This document shows, one piece after another, positions 1 to 13,539 of a stretch of 64,000 nt of DNA (position 1 is the stretch's first letter; every line of letters starts with the position of its first letter). Location of the stretch: NCBI RefSeq assembly GCF_009914755.1, contig NC_060934.1; one strand, given 5' to 3'. Origin of the DNA: the human T2T-CHM13v2.0 reference genome, Homo sapiens. The translations under genes were made by a program, and so were the position numbers. The notes under the pieces were generated by a model. The model saw only the letters and a list, made by a program, of their open reading frames with translations, was not told the origin of the DNA and searched no databases.

Positions 1-467
1 TGCTATTTTTCTGACCTGGGGGAGAGATCCTTTGCCCTGCTAGTTAGGGAAGTGGGGGTGATCCTATGGGGTTTTTTACAGGCTATTTCAATATATGTAA
101 ATCACAGCAGCTTCATGGAGAGCTGCTCAGAGAGCAAGCAAAGAAAGGAAGAATTGGGGGAAGGGGTGTTGCCGCCTCTACTGTGATCCGAACAGCGGCT
201 GCAGCTGGGCTTATTATTTCTTGCAGTGTGGCTCTTGCCACCAGCGACAAGATGAATTTTTCAACAAGAGCCTTGCTGATGCTTTTCTCTGTTCAAGCCC
301 AGACAAGAAAAATAATCATCTGTTAGAACAAAACACAGAAAATAAAAACTATCTTCACTTACAGATCTTTTTCGTTAACATACAAATGCTTTAGAGGGGA
401 AATAAACTTTTGATAAAATTAGATGAGGCAACTCAAGAAGAGAGCAATCAAAGGAAAATGGAAGGAG

Positions 468-573
468 CCAATCATTCAGCGGGGGTCAGAGATTCAGAGC
501 CAATGATGATAGAATTGCTGGAAAGTCAAAGAAGGAAGGTGGAGACTGCCAGCCTGAGTCACTGGATTATATA
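468..573 (+). promoter_or_regulatory. Candidate promoter/enhancer: two CCAAT boxes, AP-1 site, TATA-like box
   Basis: GAGCCAATCA (CCAAT 468-472), GAGCCAATGA (500-504), TGAGTCA (555-561), TATATA (568-573). Confidence 0.3.
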
Positions 574-1870
574 TTGTGGGGCTCTATGAGGGCTTTGGGG
601 ACAGTAGTTTTCATTTCCTATGTTCTGCTGGAAAAGCAAAAACATATGGGAAATAAAAGGGTTAGCTTCCATTGGAGTGGCCATTGATGTTGCCCTGAGA
701 AATGTGGTTCAATGGCAGCAATGGAAGCTACGCTTGACCTCCACGTCCACTTTTCTGGGTTATCTCAGATAGTGTCTTTCTAAACCTTCCCTGACAGTTT
801 TTCTCTCATCCCCAAAACTCCGAGATGCCTATCATGATGGATTGCCCTTGCCTGTGTCCAACTCAGCCTCCCTTACTGGGAGAAGAGCCCCTCACGGGGG
901 AACTGACTTTATGCCTTGCACCTGAGATAGGGCTTGGCACAGAGCAGGGCTTGTTTCATGGTGGTTGATAGTAGTAAGAACTCACACTGAATTGTACAGT
1001 TGAAGCAATAAGAACTGTTAACCAAGCTTGTTGCACAGCCAGTGCCTCTAAACACATCTCCAAAGCCATTGCTCCAAACGATCTCCAGCAGCATCAACCG
1101 CTTGCTACATTGTCCCACTTTCAGTTCAAAATGTGCCAACTGAATTCATTGGTTTATTTTCCCAAGCTGCTTCTGACTTTCCTCATGCCATAGTAGCCCT
1201 GGATTTCAGCTCCTTGGATATGTGGCTAAGTCCACCTTTTCCCATGCCTCCCCCATCCCTCCACTGCAGATGAGGGTTCATAAACTATTTGAATAGAAAA
1301 TCATCGGGGGTCCATCTAGGTCCCTTTTCCTGATGCTCCGAAGGATTGAACGTGAGTATACCCCTTCACATCCTGGCAGATTTGAGAAAAAGTGACTCAT
1401 TCTCTGGTTGTTAGTGACTGGGCTCTGGATGGACTTTCAAGATCTCTTACAAAAGAACTAGAAAATAGTATCAAGGGGAGAAAAAAGAGAAGAAACTAGA
1501 TAGAGTGGTTCTGACAAAAAGAGATAAGGATGGGACTTTTCCTGATGTTAAGAAGATGTCAGAGAATGGAGGAGGGGAGAAGCAGTGAGGGTGCTTATGC
1601 GGCCATGCCGGAGCCTGAGGGTTTCTCCTGAGGAAAGTGACACTAAAGGAAATTGAGCACGGGGATCCAGCCAAGGAGCCCTGGGAGTGATGCTGTGCAG
1701 GTTCCCAGGAGCTGTGGAAACTGAGTCACCACCAGAAGACTTCACCCCCTACATGCAAAGTCTCCCTTTGGCAGAGTGGATGGCATCTCGTCAGTATTCA
1801 GCCTCTCCTTTGCCAAATGCCCTGCAGGAGGGGCACTCCTCGATGTCTTGGATTTTGCTCCAGCCCTACA

Positions 1871-1948
1871 TAGTAGCCAGCCTCCAAAATGGCCCCTTAT
1901 CATCCCCACCTCCTCGTATTTACACCCTTAGTAGCCTCTCTCTCTCTT

Positions 1949-1985
<37 letters not shown>

Positions 1986-2343
1986 TGCTCTGAGGAAACA
2001 AACTAACAAGCTGTCATATCATGAAGAACCTCAGGCAGTCAAGGGGAAGGCCCACGTTACAAGGAACCAGGGCCTCCAGCAACAGCAGTGAGGGACTCGG
2101 GCCCCTGCCAACACTCACCTGAGCCATCTTGGAAGGAGGGCTTCCTCCAGCCTCACGTTGAGATGACTGCAGCCCCAGCAGGCCGAAAGCCTGACTTCAA
2201 CCCCATGAGGGACTCAGATCCAGAGCCTCTCAGCTAATCCACTCCCTGATCCCTGACCCTCAGAAACTATGAAGTAAGAAATATTTGTTGTTTTAAGTTG
2301 TTATGTATTGTGGGTAATTTGTTATGTGACAAGATAACTAAGG
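1871..2343 (+). mobile_element. MaLR LTR (MLT1F-like) containing a (TC)n tract
   Basis: Starts ...gccagcctccaaaatggcccc; ends ttgttgttttaag...tttgttatg...agataactaa, typical MLT1 termini. Confidence 0.75.
1936..1980. repeat. (TC)n microsatellite
   Basis: Direct read. Confidence 0.95.
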
Positions 2344-3904
2344 AACCATGCATTTTATTCCAAGTAGACAACCAGTTTTTTAATCCTAGAATATCTAAAC
2401 ACTCACGAAACAAGGGTGAGGTTACTGGACACTGAGTAGGGTGGTGGTGAGAAACTTACCCCAGTCTCCCCTCCCAGTCTTGAACACACAGGGCTGAGGG
2501 AGCAGAGCAAAGCTGAAAGGTTGTTCCTGCCTCTGCAGGGCTTGTCACCCCCATCATTTGTCTCAAGCCACACTCACAGCCCACTGCCCCGAGGACTGCA
2601 GCCAGTGCCCTTCCTCTGGCCCCCTGGCCTCCCTCATCTCCCTTGCCTGCCCATACACCTGCCACAGCTCTGAACCACAGTCTAATCAGGACACTTCCCT
2701 CCTTACAATCTTTCAATAATTCCCTGTATTTTTATAAAATACTATTTAATTACAATTAGAGCCCTACCCCCTCTCCCACCTCCTTCACAGTAACCTCTAC
2801 ATTCCTTTCCAGCTATTTCTCACATTTCCCCTGAATAACAAGATGGGGAAAGAAGGGTAAGTGTAGTTTTTTGGCTTTGGTTTTGTTTTTGCTCAGCTAT
2901 AGGGCTAATTCTAAGAGGATGGGTAGCTTCCCCACTCCCATGTCAGCCCAAAAAGAGGAGGATGGCTCAGGCATTGATTTCAGCAGGTGTCAATGTCCCC
3001 GGGCATTGGATGTGGGGTGAGAAAAAGTAGTGATGGGAATGGGCAGGGGGTGGACAACCCTAGGTGTCTCCTGGCAGCAAAATCCTAGCTCCTGGGAACA
3101 CACAAGCTTCCATCAGGACCCCAGCCAGGAATCTGGGCTGGCAACTGTCATGTAGTATGTCAGAGCCCAAGCAAGTGGGCTGGATCAGCCTGGCCCTCAG
3201 GCCAGAGAGCCAGCAAGCTCTGCAAGGGCCAAGTGCAGCAGCCCACAGGTGTTGGGGAGTTAGGCAAATGCAAGCACTGTCATGGGGAGCCAGATCCATG
3301 CAGAACCCACCTGCTACGCACCTGCCTGGATGAGCACTGACCTGGGGACACAGATGGCTGAGCCTGCAGGGAGAAGCTCCTTGGGCAGCACTCTCCTCTT
3401 GGAACAGAAACTGGATCTCACTTAGCATTACCTTGGAGAGAGGTCAGCTCCTGTTGGAAATAGCATGCAACCCTTCCACCATGACTTTCTACCATTAAAG
3501 GATTATAGACACAGTTACTTCTCATATCTTCTAGATGCCTCCTCCTTTCCCCATCACCCTTTCACCTCTGCTTCCTCTACTCCCTTCCAACCTCACCAGT
3601 TGCTCTGCCTTTCCTCCACTAGGTCACAGGGCTCTGGCCTTTGGTTTTCTAACTAGTGAAGGACTAGAGGGAAGGTGCGAGTCTTGATGGTCAGGGATGC
3701 CCCGTCTCATTCTTGCCAGGCTCTTAAATCTCATCTCCCAAAATGTACCATTCTTCCTCTGGCATGGCTTCTCCAGATAAGGCTCACCTCCATGCAGAGG
3801 CCACACATAGCCGCACTATCCTAGGGACCCATCCACAATACTGCCTGATGATACATTTGCTGAAAGTCATAAGTAATCCATCATTAGTCAAGTCTTGCAT
3901 ACAT

Positions 3905-4130
3905 TAGTGTGGTGCAGTGCTAGTGAGAGTTCAACGCAGCAGGTTTGGGCTTCCAAGGCTGCCTGCACCATAGCTCCAAGCTGGGTAACTTCAGGCACTT
4001 ACTCTCTCTCATCCTGAGTTTCCTAATCTGTAGAATGAATATTATAACATAAACAAAGTAATTGAAGAGCCCAGTGAGATAACATAGTAGGCACCACCCT
4101 GGTGCCTGGAACATTCTAAATGTTCCAGAA
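3905..4130 (+). mobile_element. MIR SINE remnant
   Basis: Degenerate MIR core (ctgagtttcctaatctgtagaatg...ataataac). Confidence 0.6.
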
Positions 4131-6236
4131 TGAGCAGTCTCTTCATCTTTCCCCATATTTCCCTTCATCCTCCCTCTTTCCAAACAAATTGAAAACTCCT
4201 TGAGGGTAGGTGCTGCAAATTGTAAGATCTCTGTAGCCCCAGCTCTACCATAATTCCCCCGTATGCTGCTGGAATCAAAAAGGTTGATATTATGATGACA
4301 ATTTGAGTGGCGGGATGGGCAGGCATTCATCACGAGGATAAGGTTCACACAGATTCACTGCTGGAAAACAACTGAAAGTGTATCTTTGGCAAACAGACTT
4401 CCCACATGGCAGGCCACGCCAAACCGGACATGCTCACCTATGACCTCATCTTCCTTACTTATACTAGGATTCTTCAAGTTTCAGAAAACGTACACTGCCA
4501 GCTAAGAAGGCCTCAACACCCAAATGTCCCCATCATGACCTGTGCACCTGCAGCCCATGACAGCCCTGGGAGGGACTCACACGAGGGTAGCCTCTGTGCC
4601 TGTTGAGTCTCCTGCTCACAAGTACCTCCCATGACACTCAGCCTTTGACTAGCCTCACAAAATCTAACACTCCATGGCTCAGAATTGCGTATTCATTGAG
4701 ATTACTTCTGTTTTTACTTGCTAGCAATTGGGAACTGGCCAAAGGAAGCTTAGTTGCACTCCTCACCCTTTATTTAGGCAAACCTTCTAGTGAAAGCATC
4801 AGCAAAAGTCATTCATGCCCAAAAGAGTATACATAGTACCTGGTCCTAATGGCTGGAGGGTCCAAATGCTACCCCCAATGCCACACAGTTCAGTAGCCTA
4901 ACGATACCTTCATTTGGGCCCCAAAGATGGTACCCCTCGCCTTTTTCTGGGAAAGGAGAGATTAGGAAATTCAACATCAAACCAAAAGCTTGGATCTTAC
5001 TTGTGTCTGTCAAAGTTTTCTGTGACAGAGAATAGCATGCAGGGTTCTAAACTGTTAAGTGGAGGGTGGAATAAAACCTAGAGAAAGAGACTGGATCAGT
5101 TCTCTTTTGGATAGAGACAGGCCTCAAAACAAAGGGCTCTGGTTTGGAGATTTTGTTTTTCTAGTCACATACACTGTACCAGATCTGGACAGAATTTTTA
5201 GCATGAAGTTTGAGGCCCCTACTCTCCAAGCCCTTTCTCATAGTGAGTCCCCTTCTCCTTTCTCCACCAAGACACAATCAGACACCATCTCATCTTGACA
5301 GTCACTTGCACAAGCATTGTACCATTTTATGACACATAATTCCCACTTCTTTTCCCTAGGCAACTAGGACTGAAAAATGTATAGGCTACTTCTGGAAAGG
5401 GCAGTGAATCCAACAGGAAAACACCCCAAATGCAGATAAATTGAGAACTGGCCTTTTAAAGGTCTAACAGAACTCACTTGTTTCAGACCCTTGAAAAACA
5501 AAAGCCTGATTCTTTTCCCCTTGTCTTTTATCTTCAGAAACCACCTTGTCTCTTTAGATTGTTTTTTCCTTCTTCACACAAGGGACAGAATCATTAACAA
5601 CCCTTCAGGCTTTCCCAGGATCACGTCAATTAATCTGATTTGGGGTATTTCCCTTGGTTAGCAACAGTGAGTGGAGCCATGAGCCTGCTTCAAGCTCCTG
5701 AAATTGAAGCCCATGTCATTCACTTCTCATGCAAAGGCTCAAGGCTCCCTGGTGAAATCAGGGACTTAAATTGGCCTTGTTCTTTTACCCAGGCAATTAA
5801 TAATGCAGTTGGCAAAAAATCACAGCTTGTTTGCTAAGCTCTAGAGACAGCTGCCAACATTCCTTAATTGAGTCCAAACTGCTGGGTTAAGGTGCTTTTC
5901 TCCAGGATCTGCTGAGTGGAACAGAGGGGGCTTTGCCAAAGATCTGCTCTCTCCGGGAAAGAAATCCTGGCTGACTGTTTATGTAAGAAAACCAAAACCT
6001 CCTGGCTTGTGCACAGTACTTTGTAGTTTACAAAATGTTTCTCAGCAGTTGTCTCAGTAGTTACTGCTCAATATCTTCCATTTTCATTTCCCAAAAAACA
6101 AAATGGACTGTGGATACACTCAAATCTAACTTGTTGTCAGGTAGGAACTGACTTCATATAGGGTTGGTCAACCTGGCTTATAAATTTCAATCCTTCCTTA
6201 GTTACAGTTCAGTTTCTTCTTGGTCTCTCTCTCTTC

Positions 6237-6579
6237 TTTTTTTTTTAAATTTTTATTCTTTTTTTATTGTACTTTAAGTTCTGGGTTACATGTACTGAAC
6301 ATGCAGGTTTGTTACATAGGTATACATGTGCCATGCTGGTTTGCTGCACCCATAAACCCGTCATCTAGGCTTTAAGCCCTACATGCATTAGGTATTTGTT
6401 CTAATGCTCTCCCTCCCCTTTCCCTCAACCCCCCGACAGGCCCTGGTGTGTGATGCTCCTCTCCCTGTGTCCATGTGTTCTCATTGCTCAGCTCTCACTT
6501 ATGAGTGAGAACATGCAGTGTTCTGTTTTCTGTTCCTGTGTTACTTTGCTAAGGATGATGGTTTCCAGCTTCATCCATG
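6237..6579 (-). mobile_element. L1PA (PA8-like) 3' end, 5'-truncated
   Basis: Poly(T) then actttaagttctgggttacatg...ccatgtgttctcattgctcagctc, the reverse complement of an L1PA 3'UTR. Confidence 0.9.
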
Positions 6580-6637
6580 GTTCTCTCCATCTTCTTTTAA
6601 CCTCTCAGAACAGTGATACCATACTTCTTTCCACAGA

Positions 6638-6686
6638 ACACACACACACGTGCACACAAGTGCATACACACACACACACACACACA
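6638..6686. repeat. Interrupted (CA)n microsatellite
   Basis: Direct read. Confidence 0.9.
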
Positions 6687-7760
6687 AATGACTAGCTTCC
6701 AGAAAACTTTTAGACATATCATGATTCCTACTCAAAATCCTCTGAACTCTTTATTGTTCAAGGATACAGTTTAAAATCTTTAGCCAGATCCTCTATGTTG
6801 GTGCATGAAGATCTATGTGATTCATTTTAACCACCACGTGAGAGTATTTTATTGGATGTATAACCCATAATAAATCTACCCATTCTCTTCCTGAAGAGTA
6901 GTCCATTTATTGTCACTGTTTGGCAATTACAAATGATGCTGAAATGAAGATTCTTGCCCGTGTCTCTTGTTTATTCACATCGGAGGTTCCCTAGGTAAGA
7001 AATGACATTGCCAGGTCATAGGATATACATATTTTCAACTTTGTTGAGAATTGACAATTTGTCCTCTTAATTATTTGTACTGATTTTAACTCCCACCAGC
7101 AATTTATAATTCATCTTTCCTACATCTTCATCAAACACGTTACTAGTCAATAATCCTTAACAATTCTGTAGGTAGGAAATTATATCTCATGTTTGTTCTA
7201 ATTAACATTACTAGAGAGGGTGAAAATCCTGTTTTACTTTTATTCTCTCTTTTTTTTTTTGGCCATTCAGATTTCTTCCTCTGTGAATTGTTCACTCATG
7301 TATTTTGCCTATATTTCCTCTGTTGACTTGTCTTTTTCTTGATTTGTAGACATACAAATATATTCTACATACAAATCTTTTTATGATTTCATTTTTCTAA
7401 ATATCTTATCCTACATAGGTTTTTAATTTTAAAACAGATTGTACTTTATGTTTAAAACACATATCCCTACTCAGTGACATTATGATATTCTCCTTTATTC
7501 TAGAAGATTTACAATTTTTTCTTTCATGTTTTAGTGTAGTTTTTCTTGATTTTATATTGGGAAAACTTGAAATTAGTACATGATTTTATCTTTTTCTTTG
7601 CCTGTATGGTTAGCCTATTGTCCTAGAAAAAATAATTGAATAGTCCATCTGTTTTCTGCCATGTTTAATACCATTCACCATGTATCAAGCTCAGTTTCAT
7701 GTGTAGTTCTGTCTCTGAGTTCTCTCTTCTATACTATTATTCTATTTGACTAAGCCTATG

Positions 7761-8180
7761 TGATATGGTTTGCATGTATGTGTCCTCCAAATCTCATGTT
7801 TAAGTGTGATCCCTGCTGTTGGAGGTGGGGCCTGGTGGGAGGTGTCCAGGTCATGGGAGCAGATCCCTCATGAATGGCTTGGTGAAGTCCTCACAGTAAT
7901 GAGGGAGTTCTCACTCTCAATTCATGCTAAGATCTGGTTGTTTACAAGAGTCTGGGACCTCTGTCTTCTCTCTCTTGCTTCCACTCTTGCCACGCGATGA
8001 ACCTGCTCCCGATTTGCCTTCCGTCATTATTGTAAGCTTCCTGAGGCCCTCACCAGGACCAGATGCTGGCACCATGCTTCCTCTACAGCATGCAGAACCA
8101 TAAGCCAGTTAATCCTTTTTTCTTTATAAATTACCCCGCCTCTGGTACTTCTTTATGGCAACACAAAAATGAACTCACTG
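7761..8180 (+). mobile_element. MST (MaLR) solo LTR
   Basis: tgatatggtttg...ccaaatctcatgtt...ggaggtggggcctggtggg; ends ttctttatggcaacacaaaaatgaact. Confidence 0.85.
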
Positions 8181-8693
8181 TGCAAATATCAAACTGTCTT
8201 AACTATTATAGCTTCTTATTGTTTGGCTGTACATATTCTTGGCCTCCTTTTCCCTTAGAATCTTAGAATCAGAACACTGAGTTCTATAAATACCTTGTTG
8301 AAATTTTGATCATAATCTCATGGTTTATAAAATAATTTTTTGATAATAACAATCCTTATAATGTTGACTCATGCTATAACTTAGCTCTTAAGTCTTTAGG
8401 TCATGTTTCGTTATTTTATCTCTATACATTATCTCTAATCCCATAGTTTTGTCTCCATACTGGTATTAAATTTTTTTAAATTATTTGTTGCTATGTGTTA
8501 ATACACAATGGATTTTGAGTATTAATCTTGTGTCCAGCAATTTTGTGAGCTCTTTGGTTCAAATAACTTTTTGTAAAATCTCTTAAATTTTCTATGCAGA
8601 TAAGCATATTTTCTATGAGTAACATTACTTTGAGTTCTTCATTTTTAAACTCCATGTCTTCTCTTTCTTTCCTAAAATTAGATTGTTGGTCAG

Positions 8694-9060
8694 TGTATTA
8701 GTCTGTTCTCACACGCTAATAAAGATATGCCAGAGACTGGGTAATTTATAAAAAAAAAAAAAAAAAAGAGGTTTAATGGACTCACAGTTCCACATGGCTG
8801 GGGAGGCCTCACAATCACGGTGGAAGCTGAAGAAGGAACAAAGGCGCATGACAGCGGGCAAGAAAGCATATATGTAGGGGAATTCCCCTTTATAAAACTA
8901 TCAGATCTCATGAGACTTATTCACTATCATGAGAACAACATGGGAAAACCTGCCCCCATGATTAAATTACCTCCCACTGGGTCCCTCCCACATCACATGG
9001 GGATTATGGGAGCTACAATTCAACACGAGATTTGGGTGTGGACACAGCTAAACCATATCA
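8694..9060 (-). mobile_element. THE1 (MaLR) solo LTR
   Basis: tgtattagtctgttctcac...gactcacagttccacatggctggggaggcc...ccatatca; 5-bp TSD GTCAG/GCCAG. Confidence 0.9.
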
Positions 9061-9334
9061 GCCAGAAATACTTGATTATCATCAATTTTATGTGGTTCAA
9101 CCCAATATTAGTATACTGCCTCAAATTTCCAATGCAATACTGAATAGAAATAGTAATAGAGGGTATTCTTGATTTATAGCTGACTTTTTAGGCAATGCTT
9201 CTAGTATTTCACTGTTTAGCATGATAAATACTGCAGGCATTTAGTAAATACCATCTTTAGTTAGGAGACATTCCCTTTCATTTCTGTTTTAAAAGATTTT
9301 TAGTTACCTTTTTTCAACTATAACTACCCCTATG

Positions 9335-9500
9335 AGCCAGGTGTGGTGACATGCACCTGTAGACCCAGCTACTCAGACACTGAAGCGAGAGGACTGCTTG
9401 AGCCCAGAAGTTCAAGGCCAGCCTAAGCAATATAGTTAGACCCTATATCTAAAAAAAAAAAAACAACAGAACAAACCAAAACAAAAACAAAGCAAACAAA
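9335..9500 (+). mobile_element. Alu monomer (FLAM-like) with A-rich tail
   Basis: gccaggtgtggtg...cttgagcccagaagttcaaggccagcc followed by poly(A). Confidence 0.8.
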
Positions 9501-12122
9501 ACCTACCACTACATTTCTGGGAAGAACCTACATAGCATGAATTATTTCATAAATAATATGAATGTGTTTCGATATTCTCCTTCCCATTCTCTTTCACACA
9601 AACACACACACACTCAGACACCCCTAGGTTTAGTCTGCTAATAGTTCATTTAGGACTTTTGCCTCTCTGACCATAATTAACCTGCAAATCTTATTTTTCA
9701 TGATGCCTTTGCCTGATTTTGGAATCAAGGTTCTAATGACCTTACAAAATTAACTGGGATGTTTTCCTTCTTTTCTATTCTCTGAAAATATTTGCATAAA
9801 GATTATCTATTGCTCAAAGGATTGGAAGAAGATGTCTGTACATAGTCTGGATCTATTTTTCATTAACATTGGAGCAACTGGGTAAATTGCTAATAACTGA
9901 TTCACCTCTTTTTATGGGAATTTTATATTTCTTTATAAATTATTTTGATGAATATAGTGAATATAAAGGATTCTTCACTAAAATATTCAAATTTATCAGC
10001 ATGCAGTTATTTATGATTTTTCTCACATGAAGTTTTAAAATTCAGATTCCCTTCAGCTTGAGGATCCCTGAGCCAACTAATTATAAAAATTAGAACTTCA
10101 ACTGTTGGGGACACAAACCCATGGTCACAAATTATCCTAGGGAATGTTTTTCCTACCCAGGGTCCAAGCAGCAACAGAAAATTTTTTTGCCGTCTGCCTG
10201 TGTCTGTGTTGGAAAGTGCATTTTTTCTGGTTGTCTTTCCCACTCACCCACCGCGGTCCTTCTACCTTCACTGCTTTATGCAGGGGTCTCAGTTTCAGCA
10301 TGCTGCCATGTGCAATGGCAGGACTTACTTTCATTCTGCATGCGTGTTTTCAGAGTCACACCCCTAGCTGGCTGAATTCTACAATCTGCGACCACCCACT
10401 AAGGCCACTGAAGGATTAGCTTCCATCCTTACCAGTCTGCTTTCCAGAAACCTTCTCATTTCTAGCACATACAAATTATGCTTTCTTTCTTGTAAGCTTA
10501 ACTCTGCGTTTAAAAGAATGGTGAGTAATTTCAGAAAGCATTTCTAGTTCTGTAACAATGGCAGTGTCTCTGAGTTACGCATGTGAAATATAACAAGAAG
10601 TGAAAGTGTAGATTGGCTCCCAAAGCATCAGAGATTTGAGATCTGAGGAAATGGAGCCATCAAGACATTTAAAACCTAAAATTATGCGGGGATGCTTCAT
10701 TGAGAAAGAAACATTTTAGCTGAGACTTGATGGATGTGTAGGATTATTTATACAGAGCTGGAAAGGAGAAAGAAAGCATGCTTGGTTATAAACAGATCTT
10801 CACAATGTAAATTTAAGGCAACTTCAAATGACAGCTATTTGAAGAAAACAGCCTAAACAAAAAAATCCTGAAGAAAATGGAGTAGACACACATTAGGTGA
10901 ATAAGAAATAACTATCAAATGAATGAAAAAACCTCATGGTCAAGAGCTTTCAAATGAAACAAGACTGTTTATTCAGCTGTATGCAAACGCTGAGAGCATT
11001 ACCTCAGAAAAGCCATTCCCACAACAACTGGCCGCAAACAAGACGCCGCTCTGAGTCTGTGTGATTGATACTACAGTAGAGGCCGATGGTGAAGTGGCTG
11101 GATCTTAGCTGGAAACTGGCCACTCCAGTGTAAGTGAGGAAGAAGATGTGCTCAAACAGAAGCCCAGTATCTGAGCAATGATGACTGTACAGAGGACACA
11201 AAGACCAAGGTGAAATGAACCCTTCTCATAAATGACATAAACATTAGCTAAACTTTATCCTACTCTAAGCACAAGTTCAAGCCTGCTTTCCACCTTGCAA
11301 AGTAGATCAGAGGCATTTTTATTCATGAAGTGGATAAAACCTGAGGATAAAAATCTTAGTGTTCTAGTTGTAAATGTAGCTTTTATGGATAGCATAAGAG
11401 CTGTGAACAAAGTGATAAAAGGAATGAGGGTGGCCAGACTGTGTTTCCGCATTCTTATTAAGAGAAGACAAATTCAAACACATAGTAAAGTGTTTTGTTT
11501 TGTCTTCTCACTTTGGTCCAAAAAAAAAGTGGGTGATAAAATAGTCTGAGAGCTAAATCCTTTTTGAAAGAGGAGTATTATTGGGTGATTCTAAACAGAT
11601 GAAAGGATCAAGTCCTGTTCATATGAAATAAACACTACTTAAAACCAAGCTCTTTGAACATCTGCATCCAGGAGGAAAATCTTAATTATCTGACAAAAGG
11701 CCATTAAATCACTAAGATCTAAGCAAGTTGAACAAGTATTGAAAATCTCTCACCTTCCCTCCACCTTGCATGTAAAGACATCAGTGAAGGTTATTGAAGA
11801 AACAGGAGTTGTCTGTGTTGATCTCTGGATCCTCCGGTTGCCTCAGCAATCGACTCCTCAAGAGAAAGTATTGGAGTAAGAAAATCTACTGCAACTAAAT
11901 GTTTCTCCACCATTGTAGTAAAATTTCTAGACTCAAATATGGAATTTTTTGGCTGTTTTCTACTTTTCCCATCAAACCGTTGTAGGGATCAGAGTTCATT
12001 CACACTCACCTTTAGTTGCTAAAAGGAGTATTTTGTGTTCAGGATGCAGTATTTTATTTCATGTTTTCTCTGAGAAAGAGAAGTGGACATGTTCAAAAGA
12101 AAAAACGTTAAGAAGTTGTTGA

Positions 12123-12236
12123 GATCAGGTGGAATGGCCCACACCTGTAACCCCAGTGCTTTGGGAGGCCAAGGCAGGAGGATCTCTTGAGGCTAAGAGT
12201 TCAAGACTAGGCTCTACCAAAAAAAAAAAAAAAAAC
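12123..12236 (+). mobile_element. Alu left monomer/FLAM with internal deletion
   Basis: cctgtaaccccagtgctttgggaggccaagg; poly(A); degenerate TSD aagaagttgttga/aaaaagtttttga. Confidence 0.75.
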
Positions 12237-12259
12237 TTATTTTAAAAAAGTTTTTGAAT

Positions 12260-12510
12260 AATGGCATTATAAATGGAATACTATTCAGCCACAAAAAGAA
12301 TGAAATCCTGTCATTTGAGGCAACATGGATTGAACTGGAGGACATTAGTCAAGTGAAATAAGCCAGGAACACAAAGTTAAACACCTCATGTTCTCATTCA
12401 TATGTTGAAGCTAAAAAAAAAAAAAAAATTGATCTCATAGAAGTAAAAAGTAAAAGAGTGGATACTAGAGGCTGGGAGGGAAAGAGCAAAGGAGGGATGT
12501 GAAGATACAA
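12260..12510 (+). mobile_element. L1MA 3' fragment
   Basis: aatggaatactattcagcc...gaatgaaatcctgtcattt...gatactagaggctggga. Confidence 0.8.
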
Positions 12511-12983
12511 ATAGAAGATAATGTGACATTACATGCAGTGTGGCCTAGAAACTTTCCATTGAAATCCCCTTAGTAATATGTACATTCTCTTTCAATCTAC
12601 ATGCCGGGAGCCATTGCTCTGTGCAAGGCTCAGTGCTGGGCACCAGAGATAAATGTGACTTCGTCATCAGCCATCTCTCCTCAAAGAATGCCCATCTTTG
12701 TGATAAACCTGAATTACATATATATCTACAAAACAGAAAGAGCTAAATGCCTTACCAGAGGAAGAGAGAAAGTACTTCAGGAGTTCAGAAGATTAGGAGG
12801 CCTTTTCCACCTCAGCATCTTCCAAAACAATTTCCATCACACTCCAGCACTATGGGAAGTTAGTAGAAGTTACGTTCAAAAATGGAGCTGAAATAAATTT
12901 GAGGAACACTGGCTGAAGAAATATTTAATAGATTTCTTTCACTAGGACTTCTCAGAACTTTTAATATTCAGGTATGCATTGCA

Positions 12984-13288
12984 GATTAGGCACAGTGGCT
13001 CACACCTGTAATCCCAGCACTTTCAGAGGCTAAGGCGGGAGGATTGCTTGAGTTCAGGAGTTCAAGATTAGCCTGGGCAACATAGCCAGACCTCATCTCT
13101 ACTAAAAATCAAAAACAAAAAAAAAAAATAGCTAAGTGTGGTGGTCTGTGCCTGTAGTCCCACTTACTTGGCAGGCTTAGGCAGGAGGATTGCTTGAGCC
13201 TGGGATATCGAGGCTGCAGTAAGCTATGACCATGTCACTGCATCCAGCCTGGGTGACAGAGTGAGTTCCTGTCTTAAAAAAAAAAAAA
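12984..13288 (+). mobile_element. AluJ
   Basis: Full dimer with AluJ-type ggaggattgcttgag in both arms; poly(A). Confidence 0.9.
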
Positions 13289-13539
13289 GTTACCTATTCT
13301 CACTACCCTCCATTTCTTCTTAAACTTACATCAATAAATCCTTTTCCCCCATAATCCCAATGAAACATCTCTCAAGGCTACCAATCTAAGATCAATTCTT
13401 CATCCTCTTACTATCCACCCTTTCAACAACTTTTGATATTGTGGCCCCTGGGACATTATTCTCTGTTGTTTCTCCTCCTATGTCACTGGACTGTCATTCT
13501 CAGTTTCTTCTGCTGGTCCCTACTCCTCTTCCTGACCCA

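Larger units (their letters stand above)
6830..10010 (-). mobile_element. Ancient L1 (L1ME/L1M) body interrupted by younger insertions
   Basis: T-rich antisense L1 motifs (actcccaccagcaa, ggccattcagatttcttcctctgtgaattg, ttttggaatcaaggtt). Confidence 0.65.

Noticed and set aside
10990-11220. Possible exon or pseudogene fragment with a few CpGs
   Set aside because: No recognisable protein in any frame and only a weak splice acceptor.
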